From positions 18,332 through 82,331 of IMG/VR virus record IMGVR_UViG_3300027708_000034: a DNA stretch of 64,000 nt; one strand, given 5' to 3'. Shown piece after piece: positions 18,786-27,369 of this stretch. Positions within the stretch are counted from its first letter, which is position 1. Each line of letters opens with the position of its first letter. This stretch comes from a virus (lineage: Duplodnaviria > Heunggongvirae > Uroviricota > Caudoviricetes). The translations under genes and the position numbers were made by a program. A model generated the notes under the pieces. The model searched no databases and was not told the DNA's origin. It worked only from the letters and a program-made list of their open reading frames with translations.

Positions 18786-19601
18786 TCATACCTCAAAGTA
18801 AAAGTCGGGATTGAAACTGCTGGTATCCTCATGCCCAACATAACCACGAGGATTGCTTACTATACGGGTATCACCTATCATGTAGTCAACTGGATCATGC
18901 ATATGCCCATGCACCCAAGTTTTGATGTTGGGAAAATCCAAAATCAATTCACTTAGATCACTGGTATACCCACCATTCATCACAGTGTCACGGGCATATT
19001 TTTCGTTGATACTCATAAAACTCGGACCATGGTGAGTTATGACAACGAATGGTTTGTCACGATTCATTTCCAATACAGTTCTAAAATACTGCTTGGTTTT
19101 GAAATGCACTTCGGCAGTATGTTCTGGCGTCAACTTATGATACACATCTTTAGCAGGGTAATGATTTGTGATGACCCTATAGTCGTTCATGTATTGCTTG
19201 AGATGAAATGCAGTAATGCTATCACCCTTGTTAAGGTCAGTCCATAGTGTAGCACCCATAAACATGACACCTTTATAGTCAACTGCTTCGTTTTCTAACA
19301 AGGTCACATTCTTGGGCAGGATGCGTTTCAGTTCGTCATAGGTCTTATCAAAACGATTGTGATAGTGCTCATGATTACCAAGCACCATAAACACTTGATC
19401 ATACTTTTCACATTCCCACTTGAAGAACTCTGAACAACGATAGAACGTGTCTGGCGTGTCTTGTACAAGTTTGGTGCTGTGGTGATGCTTGCTGATGCTA
19501 CGTACTTCAGCGATATCTCCGGCCAAGATCAATACTTCGCCGCCGGGGAGTTCTTGGTAGCCGAATTCTAGGTGGAGGTCTGATACTAAACCGATTTTCA
19601 T
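18786..19601 (-). CDS. Calcineurin-like metallophosphoesterase
   Basis: MKIGLVSDLHLEFG ... LILAGDIAE ... VLGNHEHY ... GHMHDPVDY: the canonical phosphoesterase motif set. Confidence 0.75.
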   Translation of the reverse strand: MKIGLVSDLHLEFGYQELPGGEVLILAGDIAEVRSISKHHHSTKLVQDTPDTFYRCSEFFKWECEKYDQVFMVLGNHEHYHNRFDKTYDELKRILPKNVTLLENEAVDYKGVMFMGATLWTDLNKGDSITAFHLKQYMNDYRVITNHYPAKDVYHKLTPEHTAEVHFKTKQYFRTVLEMNRDKPFVVITHHGPSFMSINEKYARDTVMNGGYTSDLSELILDFPNIKTWVHGHMHDPVDYMIGDTRIVSNPRGYVGHEDTSSFNPDFYFEV

Positions 19602-19996
19602 GTTATCTTAACCTTGTGTGTTTCTGCTCGATCGCTGTACAACTTATGGCCGCGTTCCCTGATCAATTCTGCTGTAAATTGTGGGTGTTCCTCCCACTGT
19701 TCTCGCCAAAATTTCTCATCCATTTCTTCAGTACAATCCACAGCATAGATTTCATAATGCCGCTGTGAATTGTATTTGGCCCGCAATATTAAATTTCGGA
19801 CGATACCATCTAGTGGATTTTTTATTGTGGGCTTTTCGCTGAGAATACGGATTAAATTTTGCTGTTCAATGTGCTCATATTGAGAGATAGGAACGATGGA
19901 TTCGATACCCATGTTATCCCAACTAAAGATAAATGCGTTTTTGGTTGCCATGCCACTATTATACACTAATTCATTAATCTTGTCAAGGATTTCCAA
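19598..19996 (-). CDS. Hypothetical protein (132 aa)
   Basis: ORF with a 4-nt overlap to the downstream gene. Confidence 0.45.
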   Translation of the reverse strand: MEILDKINELVYNSGMATKNAFIFSWDNMGIESIVPISQYEHIEQQNLIRILSEKPTIKNPLDGIVRNLILRAKYNSQRHYEIYAVDCTEEMDEKFWREQWEEHPQFTAELIRERGHKLYSDRAETHKVKIT

Positions 19997-20023
19997 AGTT
20001 GTTAAATAGTCAAAAGGGACGAT

Positions 20024-20446
20024 ATGTTATCTAAAATTAAGAAAGTACTTTGGTTTACAGCAGGTATGCTGTTTTTAGGCCTGGCCTATATTGGTATTAT
20101 CGTTCCTGGAATTCCTTGGTCGACACCAAGTCTTATTGCAACATACTGCTTCGCCCGTAGCAGTAAACGGTTCCACGACTACATGATGAACCATAAACTA
20201 TTTGGACCGTTCATTCGTGATTGGCAAGATGGTAGTGTATTTCCAACCAAAGGCAAATGGTTCATGTTTATCAGCATGGATTGTAGCCTTGTGATCTTTT
20301 GGTTTGCTACACAGAACTGGAAAGCTACGATGGGCATGGGCATATTCTTTGCTCTGATTATACTATGGGCAAGCCGATTGCCAGGCAGCAAAGAAGAAGC
20401 TCTACGCAGAAAAGAAGCTGGCGAAAAATTAGGCTGGTTTCGTTAA
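20024..20446 (+). CDS. DUF454/YbaN-like inner membrane protein
   Basis: GIIVPGIPWSTPSLIATYCFARSSKRFHDYMMNHKLFGPFIRDWQ parallels E. coli YbaN ([39 protein letters not shown]). Confidence 0.7.
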   Translation: MLSKIKKVLWFTAGMLFLGLAYIGIIVPGIPWSTPSLIATYCFARSSKRFHDYMMNHKLFGPFIRDWQDGSVFPTKGKWFMFISMDCSLVIFWFATQNWKATMGMGIFFALIILWASRLPGSKEEALRRKEAGEKLGWFR

Positions 20447-21213
20447 ATCTTATAATCGTAGTTGACCTGAGTCCAACGATTATTGTTCCATCTAGAATTA
20501 ATCTGTGCCATAGATCCTGCACGGCGATCATGATAAAATAATCTCGCATCAGTCGAATTGAACACACTGTCCACTAGCCAGAAAAAGCTGGTGTTGACGC
20601 AATGGATTTCTTTGGCATTCTTTATCAAATCAATGTAGTGCATCATGTTGTTGGTCGTGCCAATGTTGACTTCGATGATTTTCATATTGGGCATATTGCT
20701 TGCTTGCCTAAAGCCCTCTAGATCGATACCCATTCCGTTCTTATGATCACCAGTCTGTTGATTCCATAATACATAATCCGTCACGCCGCCAGTCAATTGT
20801 TGATACAGTTCTCGAGATCCGGGAATGTGATCGGGCAAGACAAATTCTCTATATCGCTGGGAGTACAATATATCAAAGTATTCATAAATTTGACGATCCC
20901 AATTAACTGATGACTGCACATATCTAGGAGGATTGTCCCTATGCACCATAGTGGGATAGATTGGGGGTGATTCTATCCTAGTTAAATTATGCAGTTTGAT
21001 AAATTCATTTTCGTGAAGTGGGCTGTCAAAGCCCACTACTTCGATGTTGGATTCATCAGCATATAACGACGACAAAGTATCAAAGTATTCACGACGGCAT
21101 GGCAAGTACATCTTCTCTGTGGTTCTAGCTACTATCCTAGAAATTGGATAATAGACGAAGGCATCGCCTAAAGACATCGCACCGCAGAAAAATAACCTGT
21201 TCAATATCCTCAC
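20443..21213 (-). CDS. Hypothetical protein (256 aa)
   Basis: Long ORF. No motif recognised. Confidence 0.5.
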   Translation of the reverse strand: MRILNRLFFCGAMSLGDAFVYYPISRIVARTTEKMYLPCRREYFDTLSSLYADESNIEVVGFDSPLHENEFIKLHNLTRIESPPIYPTMVHRDNPPRYVQSSVNWDRQIYEYFDILYSQRYREFVLPDHIPGSRELYQQLTGGVTDYVLWNQQTGDHKNGMGIDLEGFRQASNMPNMKIIEVNIGTTNNMMHYIDLIKNAKEIHCVNTSFFWLVDSVFNSTDARLFYHDRRAGSMAQINSRWNNNRWTQVNYDYKI

Positions 21214-21216
21214 AGA

Positions 21217-21747
21217 TTAGTGTTCCCGAATTTTTAGTTTGGTGTAGACATTTTGTACACCTATGGCTTGACGGATAGCATCTTGTAATGCATCATGCTT
21301 GCTGGCAGTGGGCATGTCTGGATCTACACCTAGATCAAACAGTGTACGAGTGTCTCTAAGTTGCCAGAAATTCCACGGTAGAGGTTTACCGATCTGTCGA
21401 TAGATATTTTCTAAAATCACTAGGTCAAATGTAGCACCGTGACTCCAAAAAGTTGAACAGCCCCAAGCAAATTTATGGAATCGATCCATAGCTTCTACCA
21501 AGGGCAACCGGTCATCTGGACTGAAGGCTTCTTCCATGATGGCAGGGTCCTGTTTCGACCACCATTCGATGGTATTAGGATCTACTTCCCTGCCTAATGC
21601 ATCTTGATCGTCGATGCTGATACGGAAATATATTTTGTCTCCGTAGCCATTACCATAGGGATTGAAGTGTACTGCCCCGAGAGTCAGTACAGTTGCATTT
21701 GGGCCAGTGGCCATCGTTTCCATATCCACCATCAATGCTTTTGTCAT
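21217..21747 (-). CDS. DEDDh-type 3'-5' exonuclease (DnaQ/RNase T-like fold)
   Basis: MVDMETMATGPNATVLTLGAV (Exo I D-x-E) ... SHGATFDLVILEN (Exo II) ... HDALQDAIRQA (Exo III H-x4-D). Confidence 0.6.
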   Translation of the reverse strand: MTKALMVDMETMATGPNATVLTLGAVHFNPYGNGYGDKIYFRISIDDQDALGREVDPNTIEWWSKQDPAIMEEAFSPDDRLPLVEAMDRFHKFAWGCSTFWSHGATFDLVILENIYRQIGKPLPWNFWQLRDTRTLFDLGVDPDMPTASKHDALQDAIRQAIGVQNVYTKLKIREH

Positions 21748-21784
21748 TGTTGTCTTTCTATAGTTTTAAACAACTATTATAGCA

Positions 21785-23020
21785 CTATGCGGCAGGTGTG
21801 TCAACGGCTTTTTTATTAAATTCCATCAAGGCGTTGCCTTTGCCGCCCACAGTGTTTTTATCTATAACAATTTTAACCAGTCCTCGTTCCACTAGATCCA
21901 TGGCTTCAAACTGATACGGCAGTAATATTTTTTCGATGATGTTTTTCAATCCACGAGCGTTAGTTTTAAGTTCCTTGGCTTTCTCAGCTATCTGTGATAA
22001 TGCTTCTTTTTCAAACATTAGTTCGATGCCATCTAATTTAAAAATGTATTGATACTGTTTGACAATGCTGTTCTTTGGCTCGTCCAATACCTGCACGAGA
22101 TTTTCGATAGACAATTCATCCACGTTGGTGATCAATCCAAACCTGCCTACAAACTCAGGAATCAATCCGTACTGTATAAGGTCCTTGGTGCTGACTAATC
22201 TGTAGGGGTTTTCTACCACTGTTTTATCTACAGAAGCTGAGTGGAATCCCACGCTGCGAGTATCCATACGTTTTTCGATCAGCTTGTCTAAGCCAACAAA
22301 TGCCCCGCCGCATATAAACAAGATGCTGCTGGTATCGATTTCCTGCATGTCACCGCCCGGGTGCTTACGCTTGCTGGTAGAAGGGATACGCATGATGCTG
22401 CCTTCGATCATTTTTAAGAGTGCCTGCTGTACGCCTTCTCCTGACACATCTCTTGTTATGCTGACGTTTTCGCCTTTACGTGCGATTTTATCTATCTCGT
22501 CGATATAAACAATACCCCGAGATGCTTTGGCTACATCACCATCAGCTTCGTTGATTAGTCGTGTTAGAATGCTTTCCACATCATCACCCACATAGCCCGC
22601 TTCTGTGATACCTGTGGCATCACATATGACAAAAGGCAGATCCAAATACTCGGCAATCTTTCTTGCCAGCATGGTCTTGCCGCAACCAGTAGGTCCTAGT
22701 AATAGTACATTGGTCTTTTCTAGTCGTATTTCTTTACTTGGATTGTTGATGCGCTTGAAGTGTTGACTGACTGCTACACTAAGAGCAATTTTAGCATCGT
22801 CCTGTCCGACAACATAATCGTCTAGGTAATCTTTGATCAACGTGGGATTCAAAAGATTTTTATGATCGTGAGGTTTTTTACCCTTTTCATCATTTAGTAT
22901 TTCCGAGCATAGGTCTATGCAGTCATTGCAAATAGCAGCATGTTCACCGACTATAAGTTTTTCAACATCTTCTTTGCTCTTACCGCAAAAATCGCAATTA
23001 TGATTTGTTTGTGTCGTCAC
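21785..23020 (-). CDS. clpX: ClpX ATP-dependent protease ATPase subunit (N-terminal C4 zinc finger plus AAA+ domain)
   Basis: CDFCGKSKEDVEKLIVGEHAAICNDCIDLC zinc-binding domain. LLLGPTGCGKTMLARKIAEYLDLPFVICDATGITEAGYVGDDVESIL is colinear with E. coli ClpX. Confidence 0.9.
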   Translation of the reverse strand: MTTQTNHNCDFCGKSKEDVEKLIVGEHAAICNDCIDLCSEILNDEKGKKPHDHKNLLNPTLIKDYLDDYVVGQDDAKIALSVAVSQHFKRINNPSKEIRLEKTNVLLLGPTGCGKTMLARKIAEYLDLPFVICDATGITEAGYVGDDVESILTRLINEADGDVAKASRGIVYIDEIDKIARKGENVSITRDVSGEGVQQALLKMIEGSIMRIPSTSKRKHPGGDMQEIDTSSILFICGGAFVGLDKLIEKRMDTRSVGFHSASVDKTVVENPYRLVSTKDLIQYGLIPEFVGRFGLITNVDELSIENLVQVLDEPKNSIVKQYQYIFKLDGIELMFEKEALSQIAEKAKELKTNARGLKNIIEKILLPYQFEAMDLVERGLVKIVIDKNTVGGKGNALMEFNKKAVDTPAA

Positions 23021-23402
23021 CTAAAATGGTCTCCAAAAATTCTTCGATGTTACTTACTCTATTGTGATTGATGTGTTGATATATTTCTACAAGCTCGTAA
23101 TTTGATGTAGAGTAATAGACTCCGCGCTTGCTCAATATATGCCCTGCCAGTGCCTGTGTAATAAAATTGCAATCATCTAAGTTAATGTACTTATGCTCAC
23201 ATAAACTCATGGTGTAAAAAAGCCACTTCATATTCTTCTCGCCCGAGTAAACATAAAAATTTATGTCTTGATTTACATTGGAATTTTTCAACCAAACACT
23301 GGCAGCATCTTGATCTTTAGCATTTAGGTGCATGAACAATATACTGGCATTGCTGTTCTCAAAAAAATCCGGTTCAGTGATTAGGGTAATTTTTCCTTGC
23401 AT
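22998..23402 (-). CDS. Hypothetical protein (134 aa)
   Basis: ORF overlapping the clpX start by about 20 nt. Confidence 0.4.
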   Translation of the reverse strand: MQGKITLITEPDFFENSNASILFMHLNAKDQDAASVWLKNSNVNQDINFYVYSGEKNMKWLFYTMSLCEHKYINLDDCNFITQALAGHILSKRGVYYSTSNYELVEIYQHINHNRVSNIEEFLETILGDDTNKS

Positions 23403-23403
23403 A

Positions 23404-24669
23404 TTATAACTTGGCCGATACTTCTTGTTTTATATATCTAGGAACATCGTCGATGGACAGTTCGTTGTTTTTAACTCGTTCAGCTAGTTCATTGACATGC
23501 TGTTCTATTTTTGCCTTGCTGGTCTTGACATAGTCATCTCTGCTGATGCTATTGACTTTGCTCCACACATTGCTGGTAGATTGTTCTTCATTTTGCACAT
23601 ACCCGCTTGCGTTTAATGCAGTCATGTTATTGAATGCTTCGTCTTCTTCGGGAGTGGATTCGCCGTACATGACTGTGCTGGCAGTTTCTTTTATTGGTTC
23701 GATTTCTTCTTCAGTCAATGGCCCCTCATTGGGTTCAATTTCTTCTTCGGGGATATATTCTTGTGGTTGGGGTACAATATCGTTAATGCTTACAGCCTTA
23801 ACAGGTTCGGTGTCTCTACTCCTAAACATTTCAAAACTGATTTGGCTGGCAATCAACAGTATCAATGCCAAGGGATCAAATACCACGATGATCAGTATGA
23901 TCACCCAAGTAACTGCACGTTCTAGAATAGTTTCATTAGTGCTGCCGTATACAAATGCCGCTATGTATTTGATTGGTCCAACTTCAGCTTCTACCTTTCG
24001 AACTTCCGCTGCGATTGGCGCACGCTCTTCATTAAGCTGACTAATTGCTGCCTGGAAGGTTTGGATTTCCTCTTGTAAGCGAGCACGCTCTTTCTGTTGG
24101 GACCTCCGAATGTTAACTGATTTTTCTGCACCCTTTTGGTCGTTACTGCGACCCATGACCTGATCCACAGCCTCATCGAGCTGTTTAAGTGCTTTGCGAT
24201 TGGCATCTATGTTCTCCTTGGCTATGTTAATTTTTTCATCGTACACTGCTATCTTGGCCGCAACATCTCCCGACACTAGATTTTGGTCACTATGCGCTTT
24301 GCTTAGAAAGCCAAAGATACCCATGCTGGTAATGACCATAAGCATGGCGATGGCTATGCACAGATACGTTTTAACAGTCAGCGGAGAGATGCTCCAGTTT
24401 TGTTTGAGCCACACAGTGGCCACAATCTTGCTGACTTCCAGTGCCACACCCATGATGATAATGGGTATGACTGCTGCTGAGAAGATTGCTGTAAGTCCTG
24501 CAACGCTGTAGTATATTGCCACTGCTGACAGTGCCAGTCCGCTGAGTAGTGCTAGATAAGCGATTAGCCGTTCATTGAGTGTAGTTTTCATTATATATTT
24601 ATCGTCCATTTTATCTACGCATGGAGGAAATGCTAATGGCTTCTTCGTCGCTGAACACCGGTACTGCAT
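23404..24669 (-). CDS. Membrane protein with N-terminal transmembrane helices and a central coiled-coil (start probably an internal Met)
   Basis: Four hydrophobic helices, then a long K/E/Q-rich heptad region, then another hydrophobic helix (VTWVIILIIVVFDPLALILLIA). Confidence 0.5.
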   Translation of the reverse strand: MQYRCSATKKPLAFPPCVDKMDDKYIMKTTLNERLIAYLALLSGLALSAVAIYYSVAGLTAIFSAAVIPIIIMGVALEVSKIVATVWLKQNWSISPLTVKTYLCIAIAMLMVITSMGIFGFLSKAHSDQNLVSGDVAAKIAVYDEKINIAKENIDANRKALKQLDEAVDQVMGRSNDQKGAEKSVNIRRSQQKERARLQEEIQTFQAAISQLNEERAPIAAEVRKVEAEVGPIKYIAAFVYGSTNETILERAVTWVIILIIVVFDPLALILLIASQISFEMFRSRDTEPVKAVSINDIVPQPQEYIPEEEIEPNEGPLTEEEIEPIKETASTVMYGESTPEEDEAFNNMTALNASGYVQNEEQSTSNVWSKVNSISRDDYVKTSKAKIEQHVNELAERVKNNELSIDDVPRYIKQEVSAKL

Positions 24670-25006
24670 TGCTCTTATGCATGGTACCGATGCCTAAAAT
24701 TTTTGTGCCTGTATATTGTGGATTGGGTTTGCTGGAGACTGGGCCAGAATGTCCAGTGTCTAAACTTTTGATATGATGCGTATTAGTCCTGCCCACAGGA
24801 GTAGGCAATGAATACACAAGGGGTTCAGCAGCAAGGGCACGTCGACGCTTTTTTTCGTCAGCTTCGACGCCCCACCGCTTTTGCATGTCTTTCCAGGATT
24901 CTTCCAATTCCCTGGCCTTACGTGCTTGTTCAGAATTTCGATATTTTTGTTTGCCCTTCTTCTTACCACTCAGGCTCAAAGAAGGATGTACAAGATGCAT
25001 AGTCAT
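24611..25006 (-). CDS. Hypothetical basic protein (131 aa)
   Basis: Lys/Arg-rich N-terminal half. No motif recognised. Confidence 0.4.
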   Translation of the reverse strand: MTMHLVHPSLSLSGKKKGKQKYRNSEQARKARELEESWKDMQKRWGVEADEKKRRRALAAEPLVYSLPTPVGRTNTHHIKSLDTGHSGPVSSKPNPQYTGTKILGIGTMHKSNAVPVFSDEEAISISSMRR

Positions 25007-25066
25007 AAGTTATCCTAGAAGTAATTCTAAATACTAGTATAACTTACTACTAGTGCTAAGTCAACA

Positions 25067-25249
25067 TTACAGAACTTCAATTAGCAATTTGTGCAGATTG
25101 TCCCTGCGCTCTGATTCATCGACTAACATCTCGTAATCTTCTTTACCACAGCCACATTCTGGGCAGGTAAAATCATCGGCTAGGTTTTCCCACTTGCCTT
25201 CGGTCGCTTCATCGTGGACATGCCCACATACTACGCATACTGGTTTCAT
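25067..25249 (-). CDS. Rubredoxin-like protein (60 aa)
   Basis: CVVCGHVHDE...W...FTCPECGCGKEDYE: two CxxC(G) knuckles with the conserved Trp/aromatic spacing of rubredoxins. Confidence 0.65.
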   Translation of the reverse strand: MKPVCVVCGHVHDEATEGKWENLADDFTCPECGCGKEDYEMLVDESERRDNLHKLLIEVL

Positions 25250-25698
25250 TATAGTGCCTCCAATTTTGATTGATATGCTGCCGCATGGCGCTGTTCGATT
25301 TTTGCCAATGCTGCAAAACGCTTTTCTGCCTTAGCCAATACTGCTGCAAATTTCTCTGCATGTTCTTGGCTTTCGGCGATTTGATGATCAGCTTCGATCA
25401 CTGCACGGGCATTACCTTCGTGTTCCGCTGCTCTCTTGAACTCTGGATACATGGTGGTAAACTCATAGGTTTCACCTTCGATAGCCTTCTCCAAACACTC
25501 TCGGGTTGATGGTTTGCCAACGAGCAATTCCAAATGACCCCAAGCGTGTAGCAGTTCTTGATCTGCGGTATGCTCAAAATGTTGAGCAATTTCCTCATGG
25601 CCTTCTTCACGGGCGATCCGGGCAAAGTAGCGATACTTGATGTGTGCTTGGCTTTCCCCTGCCAAGGCACTTTCAAGATTTTTAATTGTAATAGACAT
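25249..25698 (-). CDS. Rubrerythrin/ferritin-like diiron protein (no fused rubredoxin domain)
   Basis: Paired E...ExxH motifs (ESQAHIKY...EEGHEEI and EGETYEF...ESQEHAEKF) typical of rubrerythrin diiron four-helix bundles. Confidence 0.7.
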   Translation of the reverse strand: MSITIKNLESALAGESQAHIKYRYFARIAREEGHEEIAQHFEHTADQELLHAWGHLELLVGKPSTRECLEKAIEGETYEFTTMYPEFKRAAEHEGNARAVIEADHQIAESQEHAEKFAAVLAKAEKRFAALAKIEQRHAAAYQSKLEAL

Positions 25699-25794
25699 AG
25701 TCTTTCTCCTTTATGTATATATTATATATCCTATTAATTACTAAAATCAATAGGTTTTTTTAATAATTGTTCCTATAACAGGAATTAAAGAAAC

Positions 25795-26202
25795 TTATGA
25801 AGGCCTAGTTTCTTTCAATACCTTTAGCACACCTTCTAAACGGGCAATGTCTTCATAAGTTGCATCGTTTTTCATTCGATTACACCGCATACAGATAACC
25901 CATAGATTAGCCAAGTCATTAGTTCCGCCAATGCTTTGGGGAATTAGATGATCAGTGCTGGGAGTTTCGTAGTCCTTCTTACCGTGATTGTTTTTACCTA
26001 AACCATAATTTAGTTCAGTACCACAGCAAGGACAGTGTGTTTGACACTTGGCCAAAAATGGCTCGTATTCCACACCCCAAGTAATGCTGCTCGATTTAGC
26101 CCAAACTGGACGTAGGTCCCCGGTGGCACATACCTGAGCATATAGATCCCTACTCAGATATGTTTCCGGATTATACTTTGGATATAACTGGAATGTGGAC
26201 AT
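25795..26202 (-). CDS. HNH endonuclease
   Basis: CPCCGTEL...DHLIPQSIGGTNDLANLWVICMRCNRMKND: HNH H-N-H and Cys zinc knuckles. Confidence 0.65.
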   Translation of the reverse strand: MSTFQLYPKYNPETYLSRDLYAQVCATGDLRPVWAKSSSITWGVEYEPFLAKCQTHCPCCGTELNYGLGKNNHGKKDYETPSTDHLIPQSIGGTNDLANLWVICMRCNRMKNDATYEDIARLEGVLKVLKETRPS

Positions 26203-27209
26203 TATGCTTCCTCCGTCATTTCTTCTTCAACGTGAACACTTACCTTGGGCATGGAAATATCAAAAGGCTTGTCGCATAATTTGTTGCCTTTGGCCTTCTC
26301 ATAGATGTCAATGATACCTGAAGCAATCTTTTCACGAACGCCCATACCTTTATAGTTTGTAGGATATGTAGTTTGGAATGCATGGTTAATGCCCAAGTGC
26401 AGATCTTTATTGGTCTCTGCATAATTACTACATTCAAAAACAACGTCATTGAATGTACTGTCGTTCCACAAGCCGTCATCTACCATGATCTCTCGTAGTT
26501 TCAAAAAGCCCAACGCTGTAGGCATTTCAATTTTATCCTGCGGCCAGAATTGACGCATCTTGTTCAGCACTAATGTCAGTGCGCCTGCGCCGTAGTTTTC
26601 GTAAGCATCTTGTAAATGGCTAACGTGTGTGATACAACCAGGAGAACGTTTCTTGTAGGCAGTTTCGCAGTTAGCATCAGTTACTGCTTTTTCCAAAGCA
26701 ATGGCATGCTTGTCGCCCATCATGATTTTTTGCTGATGGATAAAGAACTTGGCCATGGGCTCGCTGTCAGTGTTCAATGCCAATAATTGGATTGACTCAA
26801 CATTTTCATCGGCACTTTCAACATAAAAACATGGGATATGTGTGAGCATGCCGTACTTCAGTAACCAAACAGTCATATGCTGTTGACCATCTGCCCCATA
26901 GTATTTGTCCTCAATGGGATCATAACGGCATTGAAGTGGAGTTACGCATCGGATATCCCACTTACCGAGCAACTTTTTCATGTGCTTAGGTTCAGGCCAC
27001 CGCTGGCGTTTATAATTGATAAGAATTTTATCTGCTGGTACCCAACCAAATTTCAGAACATCCTGGACGGACACGTCTGCTTTATTTTGGACTTTTTCCC
27101 CAATGCGTTTGGAGATTTGTTTAGCTACATCCGTGATAGGAATTCGCTTGTCTGCTAGACCCGCCGAGGGATCAAATGGAGCCAAAGAGGCCGTTGCTGT
27201 CTTACTCAT
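26202..27209 (-). CDS. ParB/sulfiredoxin-fold protein with a DGQHR-like motif (ADGQQHM)
   Basis: ILINYKRQRW...YYGADGQQHMTVWLL resembles the DGQHR-domain (DndB/DpdB-like ParB nuclease superfamily). Translationally coupled to the HNH gene (shared ATGA). Confidence 0.35.
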   Translation of the reverse strand: MSKTATASLAPFDPSAGLADKRIPITDVAKQISKRIGEKVQNKADVSVQDVLKFGWVPADKILINYKRQRWPEPKHMKKLLGKWDIRCVTPLQCRYDPIEDKYYGADGQQHMTVWLLKYGMLTHIPCFYVESADENVESIQLLALNTDSEPMAKFFIHQQKIMMGDKHAIALEKAVTDANCETAYKKRSPGCITHVSHLQDAYENYGAGALTLVLNKMRQFWPQDKIEMPTALGFLKLREIMVDDGLWNDSTFNDVVFECSNYAETNKDLHLGINHAFQTTYPTNYKGMGVREKIASGIIDIYEKAKGNKLCDKPFDISMPKVSVHVEEEMTEEA

Positions 27210-27295
27210 AATATACCTTTCTGTTTATCAACAAAGTTATGTTAGTATTTGGCATTCGCCCTAACATTTGTACCACACCGTGCAGTACAGTAGTA

Positions 27296-27324
27296 ATTAT
27301 ACAGTCGAAAGCATTAAAAGTCAA
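27296..27324 (-). promoter_or_regulatory. Sigma70-type promoter with extended -10 (minus strand TTGACT-N15-TGTATAAT), upstream of the ParB-like gene
   Basis: -35 RC of 27319-27324, -10 RC of 27296-27301, preceded by TG. Located immediately after the porin terminator. Confidence 0.5.
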
Positions 27325-27353
27325 TAAAAAAGGCAGTAAAAACTGCCTTTTTC
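27325..27353 (-). terminator. Rho-independent terminator of the porin gene (hairpin aggcagt-aaaaa-actgcct plus T-run on the minus strand)
   Basis: 7-bp GC-containing stem, then U-tract, 17 nt downstream of the porin stop. Confidence 0.6.
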
Positions 27354-27369
27354 GGAATAAAAACTTCGA

